Below are positions 51,825 through 61,523 of a stretch of 64,000 nt of DNA, in pieces. Each line of letters begins with the position of its first letter. Positions within the stretch are counted from its first letter, which is position 1. This DNA comes from Clostridia bacterium (GTDB lineage Bacteria; Bacillota; Clostridia; JAAYHZ01). The notes below the pieces were generated by a model. That model saw only the letters and a program-made list of their open reading frames with translations. It did no database searches and was not told the DNA's origin. The stretch covers positions 640,001-704,000 of the forward strand of contig JBMNIH010000004.1 of the NCBI GenBank assembly GCA_050950825.1. Direction: 5' to 3'. Made by a program: the position numbers and the translations under genes.

Positions 51825-54005
51825 ATGAAAAAGAGAATCATTTCGCTAATAATTGCCATTTGTTGTGTTCTCTCCATTGTCGTTGTCCCGACGGAATCGG
51901 CAAAGGCAGCACCTTCCAATTTGCCGAACGGGTACACATTGATCGGCTCGTCGGAGAATTTGAACCTGTACTATCATTCCGGATGGGAGTCTTTCGCAAT
52001 TGAAGACAAGAGAAACGGATTTGTTTGGGAGAGCAATATAAGTGAAGAAAATCCCCTTCAGGAAGGTATAACCGGTGCAAACTGGAAAAGTGAAGCAAAG
52101 AGATCTTTTAAAATCTCATATGCGAACGTTGAAGTTATTAAGAACATTAACTGGGATAAGGATAAATATACATTAGTAACGGAAAAACTTGATAACGGTC
52201 TTAAGCTGACATACGATTTTACGGATTACAAGATAAGAATGGCCATATACGTATATCTAGAAGACGATGCTTTGACAATCGATATTCCCATAGAGGAGCT
52301 CGCTGAATACGGCGATACCTATGGTTTTGCCAACATCAAAGTCTTCCCGTATTTCGGAGTCGCTCATCCTTCCGAAGACGGATATGTTTTCTATCCGGAC
52401 GGATCCGGTGCGCTATACAACTTTAACGAAAGAATGAGCGTATACGCAACGGAATACAGATGGAGCGTTTACTACGATGACAGCTTGGATTTCGAGGCCA
52501 TCGATACGAAGTACAAGGATAACAACCAAAAAACTTTGATGCTGCCCGTATTCGGTGTAAAAAGAAACGACAATGCTTACGTCGCTGTCGTGACAAAGGG
52601 TGATGAAGACACAAGATTATTTTTCAATCCCGCCTACAGAAGGTTGTACGGAAACTACATTTATGCCGACTTCGTTTACAGACGTCTCTTCCAAGACGCT
52701 CGTTTTAACGTGAAAACGCCTTTGAACTACGTACAAAAAGACAGAGTGAATTCATCCAGACAGATCAAATACTTCTTTACGGTAGGCGATGAAGCAAACT
52801 ACAGCGGCATGGCCAAAAAGGTAAGAGAGTATTATATTTCTTCCGGTTGGATGGCAAGCAAGATACAACAAGGTGATCCGGTTCCCATGCAAATAGACTT
52901 GTTTATGGGAATAACCGAGGATCGTCTTTTGGTGGACAAATACATCAAAATGACCACCTTCGAACAAGCGATTACGGTTTTAGAAACCTTAAAAGAAGCC
53001 GGCGTCGATAACATGTTCGTACTCTTAGACGGATGGAATAAGTACGGATACGGAGAATTTGCTCCGACCCATTACCAGCTTCATATCGGATTAGGCGGAG
53101 CTCCGAAGCTTAAGAAATTAACGAAATACGCAATTGATAACAATATCATATTAGGTATGAAAGCGGACTACGTCAATGCCTATGCATCGACACCGGGATA
53201 TAACCGAAGAGCGGATTTGATTTATGACTTGAACAACATTCTCATGTCATGGAGAGGTCAGTTCTTGTTTGACCCGATCCGTTCCTACAACTTGTTCTTC
53301 AGGAAATTCGTTCCGAAGGCCGTTAAACATAATATTCGAGCCATCGGTTTTGAAGATATGGGTATCAAGTTGTACTGCAATTACAAAGACGGAAAGATCG
53401 TCAATCGCTACGATACGGCGGATCGTTGGGCTATGTTCGGTACTGACGTTCAGAAATTAGGAATGAAAGCGGCCTACGAAGGCGGTAATGCTTACTTGTT
53501 AAATACAGCCGACTACTTATACAATATACCGTACGAAGACAGCGGTTTCTTCATTACGGACCAGACCATACCGTTCTATCAAATGGTTGTTCACGGATCG
53601 GTGCCGTATACCACATTCCCCGGCAACTTGTCCTACGACTACGAGTGGATGAAGCTAAAATGGTTAGAATTTGGCTGCTATCCTTACTTTGAATTATCTT
53701 ACCAGCCGACGGACTTGTTGATGAACATTGAAGACAATGAAATCTTCAGTTCTTACTACTTAGCATGGATCGAAGACATTGTAGGAACCTATAAAGAGTT
53801 CCAACAAATGAAAGATATTTACAACAGCTATATTTTGGAACACGAAGTTGTTGAAAAAGACATTTTGAACTATGAGTTGGTAAGGGTTGAATACAGTAAC
53901 GGAAGCACCATTCTTATCAACTACAATCCGGAAACAGACAAGACTTATAACGGAATAACAGTTCCTGCAAAGAGTTATGTTGTAGTTAAAGGGGGTACTA
54001 ATTAA
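51825..54005 (+). CDS. Secreted DUF5696-like protein (putative GH-like barrel)
   Basis: Signal peptide; DKRNGFVWES, GYVFYPDGSGAL, LPVFG, YSGMA, MTTFEQA, GW, PFYQMVVHG, VEYSNG..ILINY. Confidence 0.7.
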   Translation: MKKRIISLIIAICCVLSIVVVPTESAKAAPSNLPNGYTLIGSSENLNLYYHSGWESFAIEDKRNGFVWESNISEENPLQEGITGANWKSEAKRSFKISYANVEVIKNINWDKDKYTLVTEKLDNGLKLTYDFTDYKIRMAIYVYLEDDALTIDIPIEELAEYGDTYGFANIKVFPYFGVAHPSEDGYVFYPDGSGALYNFNERMSVYATEYRWSVYYDDSLDFEAIDTKYKDNNQKTLMLPVFGVKRNDNAYVAVVTKGDEDTRLFFNPAYRRLYGNYIYADFVYRRLFQDARFNVKTPLNYVQKDRVNSSRQIKYFFTVGDEANYSGMAKKVREYYISSGWMASKIQQGDPVPMQIDLFMGITEDRLLVDKYIKMTTFEQAITVLETLKEAGVDNMFVLLDGWNKYGYGEFAPTHYQLHIGLGGAPKLKKLTKYAIDNNIILGMKADYVNAYASTPGYNRRADLIYDLNNILMSWRGQFLFDPIRSYNLFFRKFVPKAVKHNIRAIGFEDMGIKLYCNYKDGKIVNRYDTADRWAMFGTDVQKLGMKAAYEGGNAYLLNTADYLYNIPYEDSGFFITDQTIPFYQMVVHGSVPYTTFPGNLSYDYEWMKLKWLEFGCYPYFELSYQPTDLLMNIEDNEIFSSYYLAWIEDIVGTYKEFQQMKDIYNSYILEHEVVEKDILNYELVRVEYSNGSTILINYNPETDKTYNGITVPAKSYVVVKGGTN

Positions 54006-54898
54006 TGAGAGTAGATTTTAGAAAGCGTCAAGCGATCCAGGGGCTGATACTGGTATCTCCATGGATTATTGGTACCATTCTGTTTTTCCTGTATCCTGCT
54101 TACGAAACGATAGCATTAAGCGTTTCGGAGCTGGAATCCATTAAGGGATTGCAGAAGGTATGGCTGGGATTTGATTACTACCGCAACATTTTATTCGAAA
54201 GTATAGCCTATATACCTCTGTACCAGAGAGTTTTCAAGGAAATGTTGATCAGAACGCCTCTCGTCGTCGTTTTCTCCTTGTTCATTGCTATACTGCTTAA
54301 CTTGGACATTAAGGGCAGAGGTATTCTCAGATCCTTGTTCGTACTCCCGTTCTTGCTGGGTTCAGGTTTTATCATGCAGCAAATAATGAACCAAGGTTTG
54401 CAGGACGAAATGGGTGAAACGGCAATGGGAACAGACACGACTAGCGTGACCCGAGGTACCATCCTCATTCCCAGAGAAGTTCTCTACTATTTAGGACCGA
54501 ACGTATCGAACATCGTTATGCAGTTCTTGGCCCGTATTACGGAGGTTCTTTGGAAGTGTCCCGTTCCGATTATCCTGTTCTTAGGGGGCTTGCAATCTAT
54601 TTCCGGTTCCTTGTATGAATCGGCGAAGGTTGACGGAGCAACGCAATGGGAAATGTTCTGGAAGATTACGCTGCCCATGATCGGTGAAATCATATTGGTT
54701 TCCATTATCTATACTTTGATCGACATGTTTACCGAATCCACGAACGTAGTTATGACAACGATTCATTCTCAGGCGTTTAGAAGCACTAGATTCGAGTTTG
54801 CAGCTGCGCTAGCGTGTGTCTATATAGCCATCATATTGGTATTAATCGGTGTTATATTCGGTATCGCTGCTTTGATCAGAAGATCCGGTAATAAGTAG
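54005..54898 (+). CDS. Carbohydrate ABC transporter permease (second MalF-like)
   Basis: SPWIIG, LP, FLGGLQSI..SLYESAKVDGATQWEMFWKITLP. Confidence 0.92.
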   Translation: MRVDFRKRQAIQGLILVSPWIIGTILFFLYPAYETIALSVSELESIKGLQKVWLGFDYYRNILFESIAYIPLYQRVFKEMLIRTPLVVVFSLFIAILLNLDIKGRGILRSLFVLPFLLGSGFIMQQIMNQGLQDEMGETAMGTDTTSVTRGTILIPREVLYYLGPNVSNIVMQFLARITEVLWKCPVPIILFLGGLQSISGSLYESAKVDGATQWEMFWKITLPMIGEIILVSIIYTLIDMFTESTNVVMTTIHSQAFRSTRFEFAAALACVYIAIILVLIGVIFGIAALIRRSGNK

Positions 54899-54914
54899 AG
54901 AGGAGGTTATGTAA

Positions 54915-55913
54915 ATGAGTTTCTTCAAAAGAACTAAAACTCAGCAACAAATAGATCTGGAATTGGCCATGCAAGCTGCAAAAATTCATGAAATTAGCGG
55001 ATGGCAAAAACTGAAGCATGCATCTACATGGAAACACATCATATTCCGATTCTTCACCTATATATTGCTGTTTTCAATGGCTTTCGTTTTCCTATATCCG
55101 TTCCTCTTCTTGTTAACGGACTCCGTTAAATCGTTGGCCGACCTGACGGACATTACCGTTAAGTGGATTCCCACAAGAGGACTAAGATGGGCGAACTATA
55201 AATATGCATGGCAGGAATTAAGAGGACCGGTTACGCTGCCTAACTCGCTGTACATGACTGCAGTTGCAACCTTAATCCATGTTATATCCTGTTCGTTTAT
55301 CGGATACGGATTCGCAAGATTCCACTTTAAAGGTAGCAATCTGTTATTTGGAATACTCGTATTGGCGATGGTTATTCCGTTACAGGTTATGATGATACCG
55401 TCCTTCATTTTGTACAGCAACGTGTTCGGATGGACCAACTCCATGAAACCGATTTTGATTCCGTGTATATTCGGATACGGTCTAAAAGGAGGCTTGTATA
55501 TCTTTATCTTCCGACAATTCTTCATTAACTTGCCGAAGGAATTGGAAGAAGCGGCATACATCGACGGATGCGGATTTATTCAGACTCACTTTAGAATCAT
55601 TCTGCCTATATCCAAATCCTCCATCTTGGTTGTATCCATTCTGTCCATGGTCTTCCACTGGAACGACTATACGGAACCGAATATGTACTTGACCAATCCG
55701 AAAATTCGAATTTTCCCGCAAGGGTTGCCCGGATTGTACAGAATGGCGGTACAAATGGTTGACGACTTAGGATATGTTATCGACAAATCCATTTACAACC
55801 AAGCGACGGCTTCGGCAGGTGCCGTGCTAAGCTTGCTGCCCATACTGGTTGTGTACCTGGTTGCTCAGAAGCAATTCGTTGAAGGTATTCAGCATACCGG
55901 TGCAAAACAGTAA
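54915..55913 (+). CDS. Carbohydrate ABC transporter permease (second MalG-like)
   Basis: FLYP, SVK, GYGFARF, FRQFFINLPKELEEAAYIDG, HWND, QKQFVEGI. Confidence 0.93.
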   Translation: MSFFKRTKTQQQIDLELAMQAAKIHEISGWQKLKHASTWKHIIFRFFTYILLFSMAFVFLYPFLFLLTDSVKSLADLTDITVKWIPTRGLRWANYKYAWQELRGPVTLPNSLYMTAVATLIHVISCSFIGYGFARFHFKGSNLLFGILVLAMVIPLQVMMIPSFILYSNVFGWTNSMKPILIPCIFGYGLKGGLYIFIFRQFFINLPKELEEAAYIDGCGFIQTHFRIILPISKSSILVVSILSMVFHWNDYTEPNMYLTNPKIRIFPQGLPGLYRMAVQMVDDLGYVIDKSIYNQATASAGAVLSLLPILVVYLVAQKQFVEGIQHTGAKQ

Positions 55914-55934
55914 GGTAATACGAAAAAAGAAAAC

Positions 55935-55963
55935 AGGAGTCGTTTATACGGCTCCTTTTTTTT
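55935..55963 (+). terminator. Rho-independent terminator closing the transporter operon
   Basis: AGGAGTCGT-ttat-ACGGCTCCT followed by a T run. Confidence 0.8.
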
Positions 55964-56042
55964 ATGTGCATGCCTTACATATTTTTTTATTAATAATTAC
56001 GACACGAACCTTGCACTGTATGACTTAATTGTGAAAATGTGC

Positions 56043-56070
56043 TTGCAGTCAATGTTCGGTATGATATAAT
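56043..56070 (+). promoter_or_regulatory. Putative sigma-A promoter of the oxidoreductase gene
   Basis: TTGCAG-16-TATAAT with extended TG. Confidence 0.55.
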
Positions 56071-56102
56071 CGAATCAAACATACTATTGGAGGGTATTAG
56101 AC

Positions 56103-56999
56103 ATGAGTGAAATAAAAGTAGCACTGGTAGGTCTGGATACAAGTCATACCATTCAATTCGGAAAAAGAATGAATGATCCGAATTGCGATCCGAAGCTGAA
56201 AGTTGACGGATTGAAGGCCGTTGCTTGTATGAGATTCGAGACTCCTTTCCAAGACAAAAAAGGTTTAGATGCCCGTCAAGCGGAATTGGAAGGCTGGGGC
56301 ATTAAAGTTACCGAGTCCTTTGAAGAATGTGTAGCCGATTGTGATGCTATCATGCTGGAAATCAACGATCCCGCATATCACTTAGAATATTTCGAAAAGG
56401 CCGCTAAATTGGGTAAACCCATCTTCTTGGACAAGCCCATGGCCGACACCTATGCATCGGGTAAAAAGATTTACGATTTGGCGAAGGAATATAACGTACC
56501 GGTATTTTCCTCTTCGTCTTTACGCTATGTTACGGCCGTAGCCGAAGCGAAAGCGACCATGAGTGAACCCGAATTTGTAGCCGTTTACGGTGCGATGGGC
56601 GTAGCTCCTGCAGGAAGCAGCGTTGTATGGTACGGTGTTCATGCTATGGAAATGCTGCAAAGATTAATGGGACCGGGAGCCGTTAGCGTGAAGTCCATCC
56701 AAGATGATAAGGGTGTTGTTTGTGTCGTTAAATACAAGAACGGCAACAGAGGTATTGTTGAATTGAATACCGGATCTTCCGTTTACGGCGGCGTGGTACG
56801 TACAAAAGGTAAGGCTTATCCCTTTGTCGTAGATATGAGTATGGCTTATACCTTGCAATTACAAGAAGTAGCAAAATTCTTTGCCGGGGAAGAAGCTTCC
56901 GTATCTTTGGACGATACCTTGGAAGTTATGGACCTTCTTGACACGGCTCAACGTTCTTTGGACAGCGGCTGCGAAGAAAAATTAAACGGAACTTATTAA
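56103..56999 (+). CDS. Gfo/Idh/MocA family NAD(P)-dependent oxidoreductase
   Basis: VALVGLDTSH, DAIML, GKPIFLDKPMA, SSSSLRY, WYGVH. Confidence 0.85.
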   Translation: MSEIKVALVGLDTSHTIQFGKRMNDPNCDPKLKVDGLKAVACMRFETPFQDKKGLDARQAELEGWGIKVTESFEECVADCDAIMLEINDPAYHLEYFEKAAKLGKPIFLDKPMADTYASGKKIYDLAKEYNVPVFSSSSLRYVTAVAEAKATMSEPEFVAVYGAMGVAPAGSSVVWYGVHAMEMLQRLMGPGAVSVKSIQDDKGVVCVVKYKNGNRGIVELNTGSSVYGGVVRTKGKAYPFVVDMSMAYTLQLQEVAKFFAGEEASVSLDDTLEVMDLLDTAQRSLDSGCEEKLNGTY

Positions 57000-57025
57000 G
57001 ATCTTTAAAAAAGTATAGACGATGG

Positions 57026-57057
57026 AAGTGGCGGAGTGATGTACTCTGCCACTTTTT
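57026..57057 (+). terminator. Terminator hairpin after the oxidoreductase gene
   Basis: AAGTGGCGGAGT-gatgt-ACTCTGCCACTT followed by TTT. Confidence 0.7.
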
Positions 57058-57077
57058 AAAAATGAAGGAGGTGCATT

Positions 57078-58322
57078 ATGCTCCGGGAAATTAAAATTGC
57101 AATGATCGGCGGAGGCGGAAAAAATATAGGAGGGACCATCCTGTATTTGTTAAACTCGGGCAGAGTTCAAAATATCGAGTTCGCCTTATTTGGCAGAACG
57201 TATAAAAATATGGAGAGAAATATCGCCCTGGCGAATCGAATCAAAAATCATAACGGCTGCAGTATAAAAGTATACGACACTTTGGAATCGGCTTTAGAAG
57301 GAGCAGACATTGTTATGCACTGTGCTACGGCAGGATATGGCGAATACGGCGGATACCGATCCTACGGAGTTCCTCAAGGCGGGCATGTGATGTATGTAGG
57401 AGAGAAAATTTCCAAGCTTTGTCCCGATGCATGGGTATTGGGCGCAACCAACCCTCCCGAAGTTCCCCTTACGGCTTTGTTGAAAAGATTCGGTATTGAA
57501 AAGTCCATAGGGCTGTGTAATGCACCGATGATAGTTAAGAACACCCTTTCCGCTATATCGGGGACCGATGAAAAGAACATCCTCATGAGAGGCATAGGCC
57601 TTAATCATGATGTTTGGTATTACGATTTTCGAATCGGGGAAGAAACGGAGCCCGAAAAAATCGTAGATATGCTGAATCAAAGGATCGATCAACCGTCTCT
57701 TTCGGATCATCCTTGGTTTCGTTTGTTCCCGGAATGGAGAATCGCCATAAAGAACAACATTGCATTATTAAAGGAAACCGGATATTTATTATCTCCGGCA
57801 GGTGGAACTAGACGACTTAAAGGTCTGCCCGTCTCCTCGAAAGAGTATGGTGCCATCATGAAGCGTCCGTCGAAAGAGGATTTCGAAAATTGCTTGAATG
57901 AGGATGTATCCATTGAAGATATGCTTCGTATAACAGGCCGATGCGGAGGCGGTGTGCCCGTATATACCGGAAGAATCATCGAGTCGATTCTTTTGGAAGA
58001 TGATGTACAGCACTCGGCTTTGGTACCGAACAAAGGAGCTTATGAAGATGCTCCGGACAGCTTACACATTCAAGCGGATGTATCTTTCGAAAAGGGTAAG
58101 ATTGTGATTCATGGGGCTAAAAAACTGCCCGATTTTATAAAGGGAATGCTGACGGCAAGGTTTATTCAAAACGATTTGCTGACATCGGCTTTGGCTTACC
58201 AAGATGATCTGCTATTGAAAAAAGCCATCATGGTTATGCCGGAACGATATGAATTCGAACAAGCGATCACCTTCGAATCCGGCTCGGAGAAATCGGTGGA
58301 ACCTTTTATTCCGTTTAATTAA
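57078..58322 (+). CDS. Divergent NAD+-dependent glycoside hydrolase family 4 protein
   Basis: KIAMIGGGG, ALEGADIV, CPDAWVLGATNP, IGLCNAP, GLNH, VPNKGA. Confidence 0.75.
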   Translation: MLREIKIAMIGGGGKNIGGTILYLLNSGRVQNIEFALFGRTYKNMERNIALANRIKNHNGCSIKVYDTLESALEGADIVMHCATAGYGEYGGYRSYGVPQGGHVMYVGEKISKLCPDAWVLGATNPPEVPLTALLKRFGIEKSIGLCNAPMIVKNTLSAISGTDEKNILMRGIGLNHDVWYYDFRIGEETEPEKIVDMLNQRIDQPSLSDHPWFRLFPEWRIAIKNNIALLKETGYLLSPAGGTRRLKGLPVSSKEYGAIMKRPSKEDFENCLNEDVSIEDMLRITGRCGGGVPVYTGRIIESILLEDDVQHSALVPNKGAYEDAPDSLHIQADVSFEKGKIVIHGAKKLPDFIKGMLTARFIQNDLLTSALAYQDDLLLKKAIMVMPERYEFEQAITFESGSEKSVEPFIPFN

Positions 58323-58353
58323 GAATAAAAGAAGTATTACAAACTTAAATTGA

Positions 58354-58394
58354 TAAGAAGATGACATTGTTAATTTAAAGATGCCATCTTCTTA
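58354..58394 (+). terminator. Inverted repeat between GH4 and Nudix genes (possible terminator)
   Basis: TAAGAAGATGACAT...ATGCCATCTTCTTA. Confidence 0.45.
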
Positions 58395-58426
58395 TATATT
58401 CTCTTAAATATCAAGGTGGTAAAAGA

Positions 58427-59044
58427 ATGGAACCAAAATGGCTTAGCATAGCGAAAAGACTGCAAGCAATAGCCCAAGCCGGTTTAGCGTATTCAAAAGA
58501 TAAATACGATATTGAAAGATTTCAGCAAATCCGAGACATATCGGCGGAGATCATGAATGAATATACCGATATGGACAGTGAAAAAATCAAAGACTTGTTC
58601 TGCAACGAGACCGGATATCAAACCCCGAAGGTGGATATTCGAGGGGCTGTAATTGTAGATAATAAGATACTTTTAGTCAGAGAAAGCACAGACGGACTTT
58701 GGTCCATCCCCGGAGGATGGGCGGAATTCAATCTGTCCATCAAAGAGAATGTGGTAAAAGAGCTCTTAGAAGAGGCGGGAGTAAATGTTGTACCGAAGAG
58801 ACTCATTGCGGTCTTGGATAGAAAAAAGCATCACCGGCCCTTATCTCCATATGGGATTTATAAAATATTCGTTCTTTGCGACTTGGTAGACGGTACATTC
58901 AAGAAAAATATCGAAACGACGGAAAGCGGATTTTTTGCTCTCGACGATCTGCCGCCATTGTCAGTCAATAGAGTTACAAAAGAGCAAATTGCAATGTGCT
59001 TTAAAGCCCGTACGGACGAAAGCTTTACAACCATATTCGATTAA
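58427..59044 (+). CDS. Nudix hydrolase with Nudix_N domain (YjhB-like)
   Basis: LQAIAQAGL, YDIERF, GYQTPKVDIRG, PGGW..ENVVKELLEEAG. Confidence 0.9.
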   Translation: MEPKWLSIAKRLQAIAQAGLAYSKDKYDIERFQQIRDISAEIMNEYTDMDSEKIKDLFCNETGYQTPKVDIRGAVIVDNKILLVRESTDGLWSIPGGWAEFNLSIKENVVKELLEEAGVNVVPKRLIAVLDRKKHHRPLSPYGIYKIFVLCDLVDGTFKKNIETTESGFFALDDLPPLSVNRVTKEQIAMCFKARTDESFTTIFD

Positions 59045-59138
59045 ATAGGAGCCGATTGAGTATAGATTACATAAAGATACCTTTCTTTGTGAAAAATAAG
59101 GATGCATAAAAATCACCGAGAAAGGTTTTTGTTATCCT

Positions 59139-61427
59139 ATGCAGCTTGCCCACAGTCGAAAGAAGGATAAAGACGCGCTAAAAAGATTGATTTTGTTATC
59201 CGGTCTGGTAGGATTGGCGATTTTTCTTCCCTTTATCATCTCGGACGGCGGTCGTTTATCCCTTGTTTCGGACTTCAATCACCAAGAGATTCCTTTCAAT
59301 ATCCATTCCAATTGGGCAATCAAAAACGGTGCGGTACGGTGGGATTGGTATACCGATTTAGGTGTTAACTTTATCGGTGCTTTCAGCTTTTACACCCTCG
59401 GAAGCCCCTTTTTTTGGCTGTATATGCTGTTTCCGCCGTATTCCTTCCATTACCTAATCGGCTGGTTTTATATATTAAAATACATGACGATAGCGACAAC
59501 AGCTTTTCTTTGGTTGAAAACCCATGTAGAAAACGCTGACTATGCCGTAATCGGTGCTCTTCTCTATGCTTTTTCCGGGTTCTCGCATATTAACATGATG
59601 TTTTATCATTTCCACGAAGTTATCGCGTTTTTTCCTCTGCTTTTATACGCACTGGACCGATTGGTGCTTGACGGGAAAAGAGGATTGTTTGCTTTGGTCA
59701 CGGCTTTATGCGCGCTTCTGAATTACTTCTTCTTTTTTGGAGAAGTACTGTTCCTTGTTCTCTATTTTCTTTTTGTTTACCGTTTTGAAAGCAAAAGAAA
59801 ATTCAAAGAAAGCCTGTTGAAGGTGATAGGGGAAGGTTTCTTAGGTGTTTTGGCTTCCTGCATTCTATTGCTTCCTTCGCTGTTATTCATCGTAAACAGC
59901 CCGAAGGCCGATAATTTTCTTTCCGTTCAAGACTTATGGATTTATTCTCCGAAGCGATATTTGGCGATTATAAAAGCGTTTTTGTTTCCGGCTGAAAGCA
60001 TGGTTGTACAATCGGGACCATTTTCTTCCGATTATTCTTCCTCGTCTTTGTATTTGCCGGCTGTAGGAATATCATTGGCTTTCGCTTCTTTTACAGGAAA
60101 ATCGAAGTTTAGAAGGTTAATGATCGTTCTTTTCTTATTTGCCTTTATCCCCTTTTTGAGTTCCGCTTTCACCTTGTTTAATTCCTTCTATTATGCCCGA
60201 TGGTTCTATATGCCTTTGCTGATACTATCGGCGATGTCTATAAAAGCGATCGAAAATGAAGGTACAAAGCGGATACTTCGTTCCGTGAAAATCGTGTTTA
60301 TCCTTACGATAGTCTATACCGTGCTGCAAGTTTTCCTTTATTTTTTTGACCCTTCCATCATTTCATCCGTAATACCGTTTGTAACTACCGCCTTTGTTTC
60401 CTTCGCCGGTCTTTTTATGACATATCGTATTCTGAAACGGAAAAGAGAAAAACAGATCCGAAGCTTTGTTTTATTGACGAGCGCTTTTTCCATTATATCC
60501 GGTATATACGGCATGATCTTGATCCGAAGCTACAACCCTGCGGAGACCCGAGATTTTTCAAAAGGTTACCTAATGGAAACGGCGAAGTTTGACCTTGTAC
60601 CCGAGGAAGAAAAAAACACTCAAAATTATCGTACTTATTCTTACGATCCTTTTTGGAATCTTTCCATGCTAAATCGGATACCGTCTATCAACTCTTATAT
60701 CACCACCTATTCTCCTTCCGTTACGGAATTTTTTGAGACGGTAGGTATAACGCGAAGTGCCGCTTCCTTATTCCCGGAAGATCCCGACGACATTTTGACA
60801 TTTTTGTCGGTTCGCTATCGATTGGATACGGAAGAATATGCAGGCTATAAAACGCTATACCGAAAAAGCAACGGTTCCAAAACGATTTATGTCAGCGAAA
60901 ATCCTAACTTTATACCCTTAGGTTATCCTGTAGAATACTATGTGACAAAAACGGAGCTTTTAAATTATCCGAAAAAAGACCGAGCCAAGGTTTTGATTTC
61001 CGCCGCCGTTATTCCGGACGACGAAGAACCGGCTGAAAATCTAAAACCCTATAACCTTCAAGCTTTCCGGGAACCTGTAAATCAATTGGCACAGACGAAA
61101 AGAGAACAAGCGGTTACCGACTTTACAAGAGACACAAACGGTTTTTCCGGTAAGATCACCGTCGATTCTGCGAAAACGATCCTGTTTACCGTTCCGTGGG
61201 ACAAGGGATGGCGCGCACAAATAGACGGACAGGAAGTACCGATTAAAAACAGTTTGGGGTTTATGATCATACAAGTGCCGGAAGGTTCTCATACGATTCG
61301 TTTTCAATACCGAATACCCGGAGGAAGATTAGGTATCGTTTTTTCCGTCATAGGATTTATGTCCATATTTCTTCTTTTCTTCAGAAAAAGCAAAGTACTG
61401 CGGCAAATCGACGATACGAAAATATGA
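59139..61427 (+). CDS. YfhO-family GT-C membrane glycosyltransferase
   Basis: SDFNHQEIPF, LGVNF, YTLGSPF, LYAFSG, FFPLLLYAL, RWFY, LFTVPWDKGWRAQIDG, GSHTIRFQY; many TM helices. Confidence 0.85.
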   Translation: MQLAHSRKKDKDALKRLILLSGLVGLAIFLPFIISDGGRLSLVSDFNHQEIPFNIHSNWAIKNGAVRWDWYTDLGVNFIGAFSFYTLGSPFFWLYMLFPPYSFHYLIGWFYILKYMTIATTAFLWLKTHVENADYAVIGALLYAFSGFSHINMMFYHFHEVIAFFPLLLYALDRLVLDGKRGLFALVTALCALLNYFFFFGEVLFLVLYFLFVYRFESKRKFKESLLKVIGEGFLGVLASCILLLPSLLFIVNSPKADNFLSVQDLWIYSPKRYLAIIKAFLFPAESMVVQSGPFSSDYSSSSLYLPAVGISLAFASFTGKSKFRRLMIVLFLFAFIPFLSSAFTLFNSFYYARWFYMPLLILSAMSIKAIENEGTKRILRSVKIVFILTIVYTVLQVFLYFFDPSIISSVIPFVTTAFVSFAGLFMTYRILKRKREKQIRSFVLLTSAFSIISGIYGMILIRSYNPAETRDFSKGYLMETAKFDLVPEEEKNTQNYRTYSYDPFWNLSMLNRIPSINSYITTYSPSVTEFFETVGITRSAASLFPEDPDDILTFLSVRYRLDTEEYAGYKTLYRKSNGSKTIYVSENPNFIPLGYPVEYYVTKTELLNYPKKDRAKVLISAAVIPDDEEPAENLKPYNLQAFREPVNQLAQTKREQAVTDFTRDTNGFSGKITVDSAKTILFTVPWDKGWRAQIDGQEVPIKNSLGFMIIQVPEGSHTIRFQYRIPGGRLGIVFSVIGFMSIFLLFFRKSKVLRQIDDTKI

Positions 61428-61523
61428 ATAGACAACAGAGCAATATCGATGTATGATTATGGATGAAGTGGAAACGGACGGTTATAACATTCATCTCATG
61501 ATAATGACATACGGGAGATTGGT

